A stretch of 64,000 bases of DNA from Leucoraja ocellata. Taxonomy: Eukaryota. Of the stretch, positions 1 to 11,697 are shown one piece after another. The stretch covers positions 2,976,001 through 3,040,000 of the forward strand of contig JAWMAR010000175.1 of NCBI GenBank assembly GCA_036785375.1, given 5' to 3'. The notes below the pieces were generated by a model that did no database searches, was not told the DNA's origin, and was given only the letters and a program-made list of their open reading frames with translations. A program made the position numbers and the translations under genes. Position 1 is the first letter of the stretch. Every line of letters starts with the position of its first letter.

Positions 1-233
1 GACCAGCGATTCCCTGTACACGCGTACTATCCTACACGCTAGGGACAATTTACAATCTTTACCAAAGCCAATTAGCCTACAAACCTGTAGGTCTGGAGTG
101 TGGGAGGGGGGGAAATAGAAAACCCACGCAGGTCACAGGGAGAACGTACAAACTCCGTACAGACAGCACCCGTGGTCAGGATCAAACCCGGGTCGCTGGT
201 ACTGTGAGGTCCCAACTCTGCCACTGTGGCTGC
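1..233 (-). mobile_element. HE1-type tRNA-derived V-SINE (cut by window edge)
   Basis: Reverse complement matches the SINE at 6588-6892 (B-box-like GGTTTGATCC, GTACGTTCTCCC core, TTTGTAGG-TAATTGG). Confidence 0.85.
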
Positions 234-524
234 CCAAATTTATAGCATTTCATAGAGTCATTTCAGCCATGGTCTTGGTTAACCGGGGCAAGTGTTGGAT
301 ATGGGAAGGTTCTTTAGGTAGGAATTGCAGAGTCAGGCAAGCGCCACATATCCATGACTCTCCAGAATGATATTTGCACGCATGTTGGTTTAGAATCCAT
401 AATTGGAGAACCCCCTACACACTCTGACATTTTGGAGAGAATACATTCATACAACAGATGACACAAAATGTTGCACAAATGACCTCGTGTATGTCTTTTA
501 ACGACAACATTTTTTTTTTGTGGA

Positions 525-645
525 AAGAAGGAACTGCAGATTTCTGGTTTAAAAAAAAGGGCACACAATGCTGAGTAACTCGGCAAGTCAGGCAGCATCT
601 CAGGGGACCTGAATAGGTGATGTTTCGGGTCAGGACCCTTCATCA
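525..645 (-). mobile_element. Degenerate Penelope pLTR fragment with hammerhead-like core
   Basis: GAAGGAACTGCAGAT...GCTGAGTAACTC...GGCAGCATCT; minus strand reads TGATGAAGGGTCCTGACCCGAAAC. Confidence 0.65.
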
Positions 646-891
646 ATATGATGTAGGGACCTGAATAGCTATTCCTAGTGTCTGGCAGCATTTCAATCTG
701 TATACCACTTTGGAAAGATGTCCAATAACTTACCCTCAGTTTAAGGTAGAGAGCAGTGATTATAATGCCATAGATAAAGAGAATTCCATCCAGATGTAAC
801 AAAGTTTCGGGTCATTCAGGTCCATAGTGCCAGCATCTGTTAAAGTTGGAAACAAAAAGTCTGGTCAATGACCCATCCAAACAATATCTAA

Positions 892-1336
892 AGGGGCCTG
901 TCCCACTGCCGTGACCTAATTGGCGAGTTTCGAAGAGTTTGCCCTCGACTCATCCTCTCAGCAATGTCGACACGAGGTCCTAGGAGGTCTTTGTGACTCT
1001 CCTTCATGCTCGAGAGTGGTCTCCGCGTACTCGAGGCCTCAGCTGGGTCCGGGCGTTTTTCTCAACATGCTGACAAAATGCCCGCGAGTAAAAAAAGGTC
1101 GCCATGGAAAAAAATCGAATTTTTTTTTTACTCGTAGGTTTAGTTGAAGTCGGTCGTAGGAGGTCGGCATGTTAGTCGTAGATAATCGAGGGAGGTTAAA
1201 GGTAGTCGAAGGTGGTTGTAGATAGTCTTCATCATAGTCGAAGGGAGGTTGAAGGAGGTCTTCAACATGGCACTTTTCAAACTCTCTTAAACTGTTCTAA
1301 ACTCGCCAATTAGTTTGCCGCAGTGGGACAGCCCCT
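892..1336. mobile_element. PIF/Harbinger-type MITE (CCTGTCCCAC TIR group)
   Basis: AGGGGCCTGTCCCACTG ... CAGTGGGACAGCCCCT flanked by TAA/TAA; no coding capacity; related to 31520-32689. Confidence 0.85.
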
Positions 1337-1910
1337 TAACGATTCCATTGTGTACCATCAGTAGTTTTCAACAAATAACCATGGTTGTATGTCATTATAT
1401 TTCATTTCAATATTGAAAGCTAATTGGAGAATGTGATGATTTCATTGATAATTCTTGGTCTGTTCCTATCGATAATGTGTACACTCACACTTCGTAACAT
1501 CTGATATTGCCCGAATCACTTGTTGTGCTATCTGGCGCACTCATTTACGCTATTGTCATGAAGCTGTTATTCCAATGCTCACCGTTTCCGTTCTTACAAA
1601 ACTAACCGTATCTAAAATAATTTTTGCCACTCAATATTTGTCACATTGTTCTCTTCTTATTCCCAGTTCACTAATATTTTAAATGTCATTGTTGTTTTAA
1701 AAATCCTGTCATGGCCCTGCCCCCGGGCTATGTCAGTAATCTCCCGAACCCTCGCATTCTTCAAGTTCTGTCTGCAATTACCATTTCAGCTATCAATTAA
1801 CATAACTGAATATCCAGATGTTCTGATCATTGCTGTCATTAGGAGACTGTTGTACACAAATGTCATCATTACCATCAGTGACTGCAGTCCAAGGAGTACA
1901 TATGTACATG

Positions 1911-2033
1911 CAGACAAAAGTGCTGGAGAAACTCAGTGGGTGCAGCAGCATCTATGATGCTGCTGCACCCGCTGAGTTTCTCCAGCACTTTTGTCTACCT
2001 TCGATTTTCAGCATCTGCAGTTCCTTCGTAAAC
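1911..2033. mobile_element. Palindromic Penelope-derived insert (family B)
   Basis: Inverted arms about GCAGCATC-TAT-GATGCTGC; 13-bp direct repeat ACATATGTACATG at 1898-1910 and 2034-2046. Confidence 0.85.
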
Positions 2034-2353
2034 ACATATGTACATGTGTCTCTCTTCCAAATCGGATCTAAATCCTGCTACCATTTGCCCAGACATCCAA
2101 TGTCAGGGTTAAACATACCTTGATAATGCATTAAGGAGTTTCATAAAGGACAAGCTGTCATATCTACCGGCAATGGAATAATGAAATTCTTACCGTCTGC
2201 AACTTTACAGGCCCGTAAGCACAATTCCACACAGATAGTGTGTAATGTTCAATAATACAATGAGTTAATAACCGTAATATTAGTTATCCATTAGAGTGCA
2301 AAACTGAAGTATGTAGTGGCAACCAACGAACATAGTTGCTGAGGTGGTAGTTA

Positions 2354-3512
2354 AGGCCTGTCCCACGAGCATGCGGACTGCATGCGGCGAGCGCGATCTA
2401 ACGTGGTCGCTTGAGCCGTGCGGCCTCGCGGGGCCGGTCCCACTTCGATCGCCGGAGCCGTGTGGAGCTGGTCCCGACATCGCGCGGGGCTCCGAAAAAC
2501 TGACACTGTCCGAAACTTCCGCGCGGCAACGGCCTGTCGGCCCGCAGCCGCATTGAGGCCGTACACAGCGCTCGAAGGGCGTGCGCAGCGTCTCGACGCC
2601 GTACGCAGCGTCTTGACGGCGTACGCCTAGCGCTGGAGGAACAACAGGCAGCGTCTGTGGAGGGAATGGACAGACAACGCCTCTTCAGACTGGATGGAGC
2701 TGATGGAGTAGAGGGGACAGGGCTAGAAAGGATGAGTAGTGATGGGCCACAGACTGGCAAATGCAGCACATGGTTGAAGAGCAGCAGGAATCTTAGAATA
2801 AAGGGGAGGCCATTTAAGAATGAGGTGAGAAAAAAACGTTTTCACCCAGAGAGTTGTGAATTTGTGAATTCCCTGCCATAGAGGGCAGTGGAGGCCAAGT
2901 CACTGGATGGATTTAAGAGAGAGTTAGATAGAGCTTTAGGGGCTAGTGGAGTCTAGGGATATGGGGAGAAGGCAGGCACGGGTTATTGATTGGGGACGAT
3001 CAGCCACGATCACAATGAATGGCGGTGCTGGCTGGAAGGGCCGAATGGCCNNNNNNNNNNNNNNNNNNNNNNNNNNNNNNNNNNNNNNNNNNNNNNNNNN
3101 NNNNNNNNNNNNNNNNNNNNNNNNNNNNNNNNNNNNNNNNNNNNNNNNNNNNNNNNNNNNNNNNNNNNNNNNNNNNNNNNNNNNNNNNNNNNNNNNNNNN
3201 NNNNNNNNNNNNNNNNNNNNNNNNNNNNNNNNNNNNNNNNNNNNNNNNNNTGGCGGTGCTGGCTGGAAGGGCCGAATGGCCTCCTCCTGCACCTATTTTC
3301 TATGTTTCTATGAATCACAGAGGGGGAGCAATGAGAGTCACAGGACTCCCATCAGAGAGAGGAGGGGGAGAACCTCTTCAAAGTCAGCACAGTTCAAAAG
3401 GTTCAAAGGTCAGTTTTGCGCGCATGGTGTGTGATGACATAGGCGGTGACGTACAAAATCTTTGCACGCCATCTGCATGACGCGCAAATGACGGCCTAGT
3501 AGGACAGACCCT
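2354..3512. mobile_element. Harbinger-type MITE ends (GC-rich subfamily) with nested Penelope and CR1 fragments and an N gap
   Basis: TTA-AGGCCTGTCCCAC at 2351 and GTAGGACAGACCCT-TAA near 3512; right end resembles 18291-18492; continuity across the gap is unproven. Confidence 0.55.
2790..3312 (+). mobile_element. CR1/HER1 LINE 3' end (spans gap)
   Basis: LRIKGRPFKNEVRK-like tail and 3' UTR GAAGGGCCGAATGGCCTCCTCCTGCACCTATTTTCTATGTTTCTATG. Confidence 0.85.
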
Positions 3513-4030
3513 TAAATCATCGCAGCGGAGATCAAACACGGCCATTCAAGTGAGCAGCAGCAATATTGAATGTTGTGGAAACAAATGTCAAATTTTCCCT
3601 TCCCTCCTGAATGACTGCTGAGTCATCTCTCTCTTATTGTGGATGAAAATAGATAACCAAAACATTGTCTCAGCAACTCAACAAAAAAGGCCAGAAATAT
3701 ATCTCTACTCTTTGAAACAAGATTGTACTGCCCTCAGAAATCAATGTTGGTGAATTTGGGCATATTTGTTTTTGATGGCCTCGTTCAATTGAGTAATACA
3801 ATTATCTGCACTGGGCCTTGGTAACATTAGTACTGCTTCATTCTTTGCCCATGATCTCCTGTGGAAATTCCCGGTCTCCAATGTTCAACGGTGTGCAGGT
3901 ACAGGCACCAGTAGCTCGAAAAAAGTTAAACATCATCATATTGTTTTCCAGCCATGTCTCTTGTACGTTTGCTAACAATACGTACTGACACCATCTTTAC
4001 AAAAACGGCTTTGCCAACGCTATCGTCATC

Positions 4031-4998
4031 GGGTGGCGCCATGCGTGGCAGCATCGCCAGCGGTGTGTCTGTCATTTTGACTTTTTCTGTATGTTTAAAT
4101 GTATGAATTAATGTTTCTTGGTGTGTTTTTATGTGGGGGGAGGGGGGGGGGGGGGGGAGGGGGGAAACCGTTTCCAGTCATTTACCTCGGCAGAGATACG
4201 ACTTTTCTCCGAGTCACATTTTAGTCCGCCCTCGCGGCCTAACAACTTAGATTGGTGCGGCCTTTCCCGGAGACGGCCCAGAGCTACAGCAGCAGGCGTG
4301 GCGGGGACTTAAAATCACAGCTCCGACCGGCAGCCTGATGACTTTAACACCATGAAGCCGCGGTCTGCGGAGCTTCTAGCAGCAGGCGTGGAGAGGACTT
4401 TACCATCCCAGAGCCAGGGATCCCTTGCTGGGGATCGCCGGAGAAGAGCTCCGACCGCAGGCCTGCCTGCGGCCTATATGGAGAAGCTGCGGAGCCTCCG
4501 GTAAGAAAGTGGCCGGTTCGGGCACTGCTAGTGTGTTCCATCCACCCCAACGTCGGAGTTTGATCGTCCCGACGAGAGGGCCTGTACATTGGGCCATCCA
4601 CAGTGGACACTACGGAGGGTCAAGGCCCCAAACATGGGTGAACAAAAGGAGGAAGACTGACTGAACTTTATTGCCTTACATCGCAGTGATCACTGTGGTG
4701 GATGGTTATGTTAAGTTCTATCGTTCTTGTAATTGTATGGCAGCTCGCTCAAAGCCCTGTCCCACATGCACGAGTAAATTACAAGAGCTAAAAAAAATCA
4801 AACTGGTGGTAAGAACGGAGAATGAACGTAGCGGGTACGTCGGAGCTCGCCATTACCGTAAATCACCGAGTTCGAATCAGGGCAAACTCGGGAGAGCTCT
4901 TGGAATGAACCCGTACCGTGGGACAGGGCTTTAACTCAAATATCACTTCACATTAATTGGTGCGATTGACAATAAATGTGAATCTGAATCTGAATCTA
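4031..4998 (+). mobile_element. GC-rich non-autonomous retroposon with Rex1-type tail (unclassified)
   Basis: Head GGTGGCGCC...GGCAGCATCGCC shared with 23106; internal GACTT...ATC...CTCCGACCG repeats; ends AATAAA-(TGAATC)n. Confidence 0.6.
4752..4931. mobile_element. Harbinger-type MITE (deleted copy) nested in the retroposon
   Basis: AAGCCCTGTCCCAC ... GTGGGACAGGGCTT; flanks TCA/TAA; interior homologous to 19628 and 30924. Confidence 0.85.
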
Positions 4999-5561
4999 GG
5001 ACTCAGTACCAGATATTATTTTAATCAACAGCCAAATTGAACACATTGCAATAATGTTAAAGATTTTCTGAGGTATATATGAATCTGGATGCTGAAGATG
5101 TATCCTGAAGCATTCATTCCGTTACTCTTTTCCAGATGCAGCCTGACCTGCTGAGTCTTTTCAACATTTGATGTTTGCAGCTCAGATTTTCAGCACCAAT
5201 CCCCGGCAGTTTGTAGAATTCTTGCTGTGGTCTTGAGATCTTTCCTGAGATAGTATAGACTTTTTGAGGCAGAGCCCACCTTTATACAGATTCAGCAGAA
5301 TCCCCTCGTTTCTACGCTGCCTTTCTGATGTTTTTGTGCTGTCTGTGCACCATTTGTGCTTTTGTCAGCTTTCTCAGCCATGCATTTCTTCATCAAAGCA
5401 GCCTCAATGTCTTGTCTGCATCCACCACCACATGTCGGCTGCGATTGCTGCAGATGTTGCGTCTGCTTGCTTTGTCTCTCCATCCACATTTCATGATTCG
5501 CTGTGTGAATTTAATCTACCGTGTGCTTCATCCACGTCTTGTGAAATCTATTTGGGCAGCA

Positions 5562-5828
5562 GTAGACAATAGACAATAGGTGCAGGAGTAGGCCATTCGG
5601 CCCTTCGAGCCAGCACCGCCATTCAATGTGATCATGGCTGATCATCCACAATCAGTACCCCGTTCCTGCCTTCTCCCCATACCCCCTGACTCCGCTATTT
5701 TTAAGAGCCCTATCTAGCTCTCTCTTGAAAGCATCTAGAGAATCTGCCTCCAAGAGAATTCCACAGACTCACCACTCTCTGTGAGAAAAAGTGTTTCCTC
5801 GTCTCTGGCTTACTCCTTATTCTTAATA
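5562..5828 (-). mobile_element. CR1/HER1 LINE 3' fragment
   Basis: ETRKHFFSQRVVSLWNSL peptide and (CTATTGT)n tail on minus strand. Confidence 0.85.
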
Positions 5829-5829
5829 G

Positions 5830-6135
5830 AGCACAGTGGAGCAGCAGGTAGAGCTGCTGCCTCACAGCACCAAAGGCCCAGCTTCGATCCTGACCATGGG
5901 CGCTGTCTTTTGGGAGTTTGCATGTTCTCCCTGTGACCATGTGTGGGTTTCCTTTGTGTGCGCTGGTTTCCTCCCACCTCCCGAAGACATGCAGGTTTGT
6001 AGGTTCATTGGCCTCTGTAAATTGTCCATACTGTGTGTAGGGAGTGGATGAGAATGTGGGTTAACATAGAACTAGAGTGATCGGGTGATCGATGGTCGGC
6101 GTGGACTCTGTAGTCTGTTTCCATGCCGTGTCTTT
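5830..6135 (+). mobile_element. HE1-type SINE
   Basis: tRNA-like head CAGTGGAGCAGCAGGTAGAGCTGCTGCCTCACAGC and TTCGATCC; V-SINE core. Confidence 0.85.
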
Positions 6136-6352
6136 GAATCAAAATTTCAATTACTAGTCCTTTTTCACCACATTTTTTGCCAGCTATTACTTTTAAGTTA
6201 CCAATGCCCTCACATTGACTGGACCATTACCTGAGGTTTGGCAGCTCACCATCACAGCCTCTCACACTTACTATTGCCTCAAGACTCATGAAGCTCATAG
6301 ATTGTACACCACACAAGCACAGGTGGCATGTCACCCAAATATATTTCCAAAG

Positions 6353-6578
6353 CAACACACAAAATGCTGGAGGAACTCAGCAGGTCAGGCAGCATCTGTG
6401 GAGGGAATGGACAGGCGACGGCTCAGGTTGGGGACCCTCAATCTTACTTCCGCAGTCTGAAGAAGAATGTCAACTTGAAACACCATCTGCCCATTTCCTC
6501 CACAGATGCTGCCTGACCCGCTGAGTTCCTCCGGCACTTTGTGTTCTGTTCAAGATTGCAGCATCTGCAATGTTTTGT
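6353..6578. mobile_element. Degenerate palindromic Penelope-derived insert
   Basis: Inverted arms GCTGGAGGAACTCAGCAGGTCAGGCAGCATCTGTGGAGG / CCTCCACAGATGCTGCCTGACCCGCTGAGTTCCTCC, central AGTCTGAAGAAG. Confidence 0.75.
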
Positions 6579-6587
6579 TTCCTGGCC

Positions 6588-6892
6588 GGCTTGGTGGCCC
6601 AGCGGTAGAGTTGCTGCCTTACAGCGCTTGCAGCACCAGAGACCCGGGTTCGATCCTGGCTACGAGACGTGCTTATCTGTACGTTCTCCCGTGACGTGCG
6701 TGGGTTTTCTCCGAGAACTTCAGGTTCCTCCCACACTCCAAAGATGTACAGGTTTGTAGGTTAATTGGTTTGGTATAAATGTAAATTGTCCCTAGTGTGT
6801 GTAGGAGAGTGTTAATGTGCGGGGATCGCTGGTCGGTACAGAATCAGTGGGCTGAAGGGCCTGTTTCCGCGCTGTATCTCTAAAACTGAAAC
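6588..6892 (+). mobile_element. HE1-type SINE, near full length
   Basis: A-box TGGCCCAGCGG, B-box GGTTCGATCC, LINE-like tail GAAGGGCCTGTTTCCGCGCTGTATCTCTAAA. Confidence 0.9.
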
Positions 6893-7400
6893 TATATTTC
6901 CAATTAGGTGCCGATACACTTTGTCTTCCTTGCAAAGCATTGTAAAACTATCATTGAAACACCTGCTAGCCAGGTACGACAAGACTCTCCTCTAGAGGAC
7001 AAGGGGAGTACTGGACCCTTATTAATGGTGGCTCGCCTGTGGTCAGTGCATGTACCAATGTTTCTAAATGTCCGATTCACCTCTACCCCATTGCGGATGT
7101 TGAACTTTGTCCCTTGAACTGTGGTGCTACCATGCTGAGAACTATATTATGCTCTCTGTATCTTCCCCTTTGCTCTGTCTAATGTACTTGAGCTTGTATG
7201 GTATTATCTGCCCTGTTTGGATGACATGCGGCAGAACAAAGCTTTCCACTGTACCTCAGTCCACGTGACAATGGAAAAGCTAAACCTAATAAGCTACTTC
7301 TCTCTTAAGTTGTAAATAATGCGAGCATGTACCACACACCTGTTCCGTTTCATTGGGTCTCTTGACTCGAGCTCCACGTGGCTCAGCTTGTTTACACCAG

Positions 7401-7523
7401 GTGTCAGGTCCAAAGAGGATATCAAGGAAGGGCGCAAAGTGCCCGAGCAACACAGTGGGTCAGACTCCAGTGATGTCAAGGAAGACCAACTATAGAATGG
7501 TGCCAACATTGGGCCATGAGAAG
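7401..7523 (+). other. Candidate host exon (123 nt)
   Basis: Non-repetitive; acceptor CTTGTTTACACCAG|G, donor GAAG|GTAAGA; open in phase 0; no recognisable homology. Confidence 0.25.
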
Positions 7524-7937
7524 GTAAGATGTAAACTCAAGTAGTTCAATGCTTGGGATCAATACGTCATTGTGGCTACATCTGACCCGATTAAAACGCT
7601 GAGACGGATTGTACATGGATAAGATGTGTGGTTATTCAACAAATATAAGTGAGAGTATCACAACACAGCTATCACAATAGGAGTCTACACCCCTGAGCAG
7701 AAGTCCGTCCCCTGCTCAGTCACACACAGAGAGTGCATTCAGGAATGACTCGCAGTGTGTGGGTATTGTTGCATGTGTTACCATCGTGACTATTAGTTAC
7801 ACTCAGAGTGCCAAACATTGATTCTCCAAGCATCATTGCTTACTTTATTCCCAGTGTTTATAATTCCAGTTGGAAAGGTAAGCCATTTATCACTGTAGAA
7901 TGAATAACAATGGGATTATTCTAACCTCAGTCAGAAA

Positions 7938-8340
7938 CAAACATCCTATAGCGGACGGAGCAAGGTAGACCACTCCTTCTAAATGCAATGGGCTGACGTG
8001 TAGTACGCAACAGAGCGGAACGTGGGCCTTTTTTTCATCCATTTCAGTAACCCGACCCGACCCACAGTGTAATCAACGTTGCGGGGAAACAGTTTGTGTT
8101 AATAAATTATAATTCTGAAAATTAGGAGCAGGTTTTTACCAAATAACTTTTATTTTTACGAGGATGTTTCCGTAACCGGCTTCCGTCTCTGCACTAGTAT
8201 CTTTGCTCCGCGCCGGGATCTTTGGTGCGGAGACGGAAGCCGGTTACGGAAATGGGGCCGAAAATCACCCATGAATCTGCCCATGACTGTACCACGTCTT
8301 TTTCGTCGAGTAGACTATCTTGCTCGCTGTAGGGTCTTTG
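7938..8340. mobile_element. hAT-type MITE
   Basis: Imperfect ~30-bp TIRs (CAAACATCCTATAGCG / CGCTGTAGGGTCTTTG); 8-bp TSD GTCAGAAA (7930-7937) / GTCGGAAA (8341-8348). Confidence 0.75.
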
Positions 8341-8596
8341 GTCGGAAAGGAGATTTATTTAAATGTAAAGCTGAGGATGCTGGACATTTCACTTTACAAA
8401 GTGTACTAGTCAGTTTACAAAACTACTTATAGAATGTATAAAATCCTTGGCTCCTCAAATTAAAAGCACATGTAAAAATACTAATAACAAACAATTAATT
8501 ATGCATTTGGAATTATGCATATTTAATGCATATTGTAAATATATGCATTAAATATGTATATAATGCATATGTAAATATTTAGTAGAATTTCCCAGT

Positions 8597-9250
8597 AGGG
8601 TGGTAAAGAAAGCTTTTGGTATGCTAGCCTTTATAAATCAGAGCATTGAGTATAGAATCTGGGATGTAATGTTAAAATTGTACAAGGCATTGGTGAGAGC
8701 AAATCTGGAGTATGGTGTACAATTTTGGTCGCCCAATTATAGGAAGGATGTCAACAAAATAGAGAGAGTACAGAGGACATTTACTAGAATGTTGCCTGGG
8801 TTTCAACAACTAAGTTACAGAGAAAGGTTGAATAAGTTAGGTCTTTATTCTCTGGAGCGCAGAAGGTTAAGGGGGGACTTGATAGAGGTCTGTAAAATGA
8901 TGAGAGAGATAGACAGAGTTGATGTGGACAAGCTTTTCCCTTTGAGAATAGGGAAGATTCAAACAAGAGGACATGACTTCAGAATTAAGGGACAGAAGTT
9001 TAGGGGTAACATGAGGGGGAACTTCTTTACTCAGAGAGTGGTAGTGGTGTGGAATGAGCTTCCAGTGGAAGTGGTGGAGGCAGGTATCATTTAAAAATAA
9101 ATTGGATAGGCATATGGATGAGAAGGGAATGGAGGGTTATGGTATGAGTGCAGGCAGGTGGGACTAAGGGGAAATAATTGTTCGGCACGGACTTGTAGGG
9201 CCGAGATGGCCTGTTTCCGTGCTGTAATTGTTATATGGTTATATGGTTAA
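8597..9250 (+). mobile_element. CR1/HER1 LINE ORF2 C-terminus and 3' UTR
   Basis: LYKALVRANLEYGVQFWSP...TRGH...FFTQRVV motifs; (TTATATGG)n tail. Confidence 0.9.
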
Positions 9251-9845
9251 TTTAAATTGTGAGGTAAATCCAGCCCTCGGCTTGGAGTAAGAGGTTCAGT
9301 AAAAGAAGTCAATGTGCAAGCCAACAGCTAAAACAATGGAACTCCTTGAAATATTCTCCCATCGAGGCAAGCTCAATACATGGATCACATGTTCAACCAA
9401 TTTTATTTAATAGATTCAATAGAACTGGTGGACCCTAATAGTTCACAAATTCGCCAACATTGTTTACTGTAAGAATTGTGGGAATCCAAGAGGGATTTTC
9501 CTCTTCATCTGTCGCTCGAATAAATTGATGCTAAATTATTAAAGGACTTGTAGGTTGGAAACTCCAAAGCTGCTACATCTGAGAGCATAAATTAGACTGG
9601 GTTTCAAACAGTCTTCAGATGGGCTCAACATTAGAAGTGATTCTCCAGAGGCCTTTCTATTGCATTAAAGGGAGGATGCAAAATATAAATGAAATTAAAA
9701 GTTATTTAGGTCAACAGTGTTACTTCTCTCTCAGCAATGAGATCATCCAAGGCATTTCAACTAGGATAGATATTTTTCCACCTCCACAGTAAAGAAAGAT
9801 TAATGTTGCATTAGGGTTAGATCAATTGTACCCAGTATCATCCTT

Positions 9846-10445
9846 GTGTAGGAAGGAACTGCAGATAGACACAAAATGCTGGAGTAACTCAGCGGGACAG
9901 GCAGCATCTCTGGAGAGAAGGAATGGGTGGCGTTTCGGGTGGAGACCCTTCTTCAGACTGGTTAGGGAAAAGGGAAACGAGAGATATAGACAATGATGTA
10001 GCGAGATAAAGAACAATGAATGAAAGATATGCAAAATATTAACGATGATAAAGGAAACAGGCCATTGTTAGCTGTTTGTTGGGTGATAACGAGAAGCTGG
10101 TGCAACTTGGGTGGGGGAGGGATAGAGAGAGAGGGAATGCCGGGGCTACCTGAAGTGAGGGAAATCAATATTCATACCACTGGGCTGTAAGCTGCCCAAG
10201 CGAAATATGAGATGTTGTTCCTCCAATTTGCGTTTAGCCTCACTCTGACAATGGAGGAGATGGAGGACAGAAAGGTCTGTGTAGGAATGGGAAGGAGAAT
10301 TAAAGTGTCTGGCAACCGGGAGATCAGGTTGGTTCAGGCGGGCTGAGCGAAGGTGTTCAGCGAAACGATCGCCCAGTCTACGTTTGGTCTCGCCGATGTA
10401 TACGAGTCCACATCTTGAACAATGGATGCAGTAGATGAGGTTGGA
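9846..10445 (-). mobile_element. Penelope-like element 3' part (GIY-YIG endonuclease, pLTR, hammerhead-like core)
   Basis: NLIYCIHCSRCGLVYIGETKRRLGDRFAEH...EEQHLI...GMNIDF; downstream CAGTCTGAAGAAGGGTCTCCACCCGAAAC. Confidence 0.9.
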
Positions 10446-11362
10446 GGAGATGGTCCAAGTAAATTTGAGTGCAGGATGAAAATTGGTGGTGAAGTTGATG
10501 AAGTCCATGAGTTCTGCCTGGGTGCAGGAGGTACCACCAATGCAGTCATCAATGTAACAGAGATGGAGTTCGGGGATAGGGTCAGCGTACACCTGGAACA
10601 GGGATTGGTGACTGCATCGGTGGTACCTCCTGCACCCAGGCAGAACTCATGGACTTCATCAAGTTCACCACCAATTTTCATCCTGCACTCAAATTTACTT
10701 GGACCATCTCCGACACCTCCCTCCCCTTTCTTGATCTCAGTCTCCATCACAAGAAATAGACTATTGACTGACGTCTATTACAAGTCCACTTCCCACCCTG
10801 CTTCCTGCACAGACTATTCCCTACTTCCAATTCCTCCATCTACGCTGCATCTGCGCCCAAGATAAGATGTTCCATACTGGAACATCTGAGATGTCCTCAA
10901 TCTTTAGGAAATGGGGGTTCCCCTCTCCCATCATAGATGAGGCCCTCACTCGTGTCTCCTCGGTACCCCGCAGTTCCGCCCTTGCTCCCCTTCCCCCCAG
11001 TCAGAGTCCCCCTTGTCCTTACCTTCCACCCCATCAGCGTCTCATGCAACACATAATACTCCGAAAATTCTGCCACCTCCAACAGAATCCCACCACGAGC
11101 CACAGCTTCCAATCTCCACCCCTTTCCACCTTCCGCAGAGACCGTTCCCTCCACAACTCCCTGGTTAACACATCCCTTCCCACCCAAACCACCCCCTCCC
11201 CAGGTACCTCCCCCTGCAACCGCAGAAGATGCAACACCTATCGCTAGACCTCCTCCCTCGACTCTGTCCAGGGACCCCGACAGTCCTTTCAGGTTAGGCA
11301 GAGGTTCACTTGCACCTCCTCCAACCTCATCTACTGTATCCGTTGTTCAAGATGTGGACTTC
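10441..11362 (+). mobile_element. Penelope-like RT/thumb fragment with an inverted duplicated 5' segment
   Basis: CYIDDCIG...FHPALKFTW on minus (10441-10590) mirrored on plus (10604-10710); continues TDVYYK...PCNRRRCNT...SSNLIYC. Confidence 0.85.
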
Positions 11363-11364
11363 TT

Positions 11365-11697
11365 ACACAAGGAACTACAGATCCTGGTTTACACCAAAGA
11401 TAGACACAAAATGCTGGAGTAACTCAGCGGGACAGGCAGCATCTCTGGAGAGAAGGAATGGGTGACGTTTCAGGTCGAGACCCTTCTTCAGACTGAGTCT
11501 GGGGAAAGGGAGACATTAGAGATATGGAATGGTAAGGTGTGAAAACACAGAACAAACCAAACCATCAGGAAATGCAAAACGGTTCATTGTTAGCAGAAGG
11601 TGGCATACAATCTGTGAAATGTGATCAGGACAGTGAAACTAGTCAGAGAACAAGGATGGGGGAGGGATGGAGAGAGAGGGAAGGCAAGGGTTACTTG
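11365..11697 (-). mobile_element. Penelope 3' UTR/pLTR fragment (family A)
   Basis: GACACAAAATGCTGGAGTAACTCAGCGGGACAGGCAGCATCTCTGG...GTCGAGACCCTTCTTCAGACTG. Confidence 0.8.

Noticed and set aside
3020-3281. 31-bp direct repeat on both sides of the N gap
   Set aside because: Identical sequence abutting both gap edges suggests contig overlap, not a biological repeat
6588-6665. tRNA gene
   Set aside because: A/B boxes belong to the SINE head and run into SINE core; no full cloverleaf
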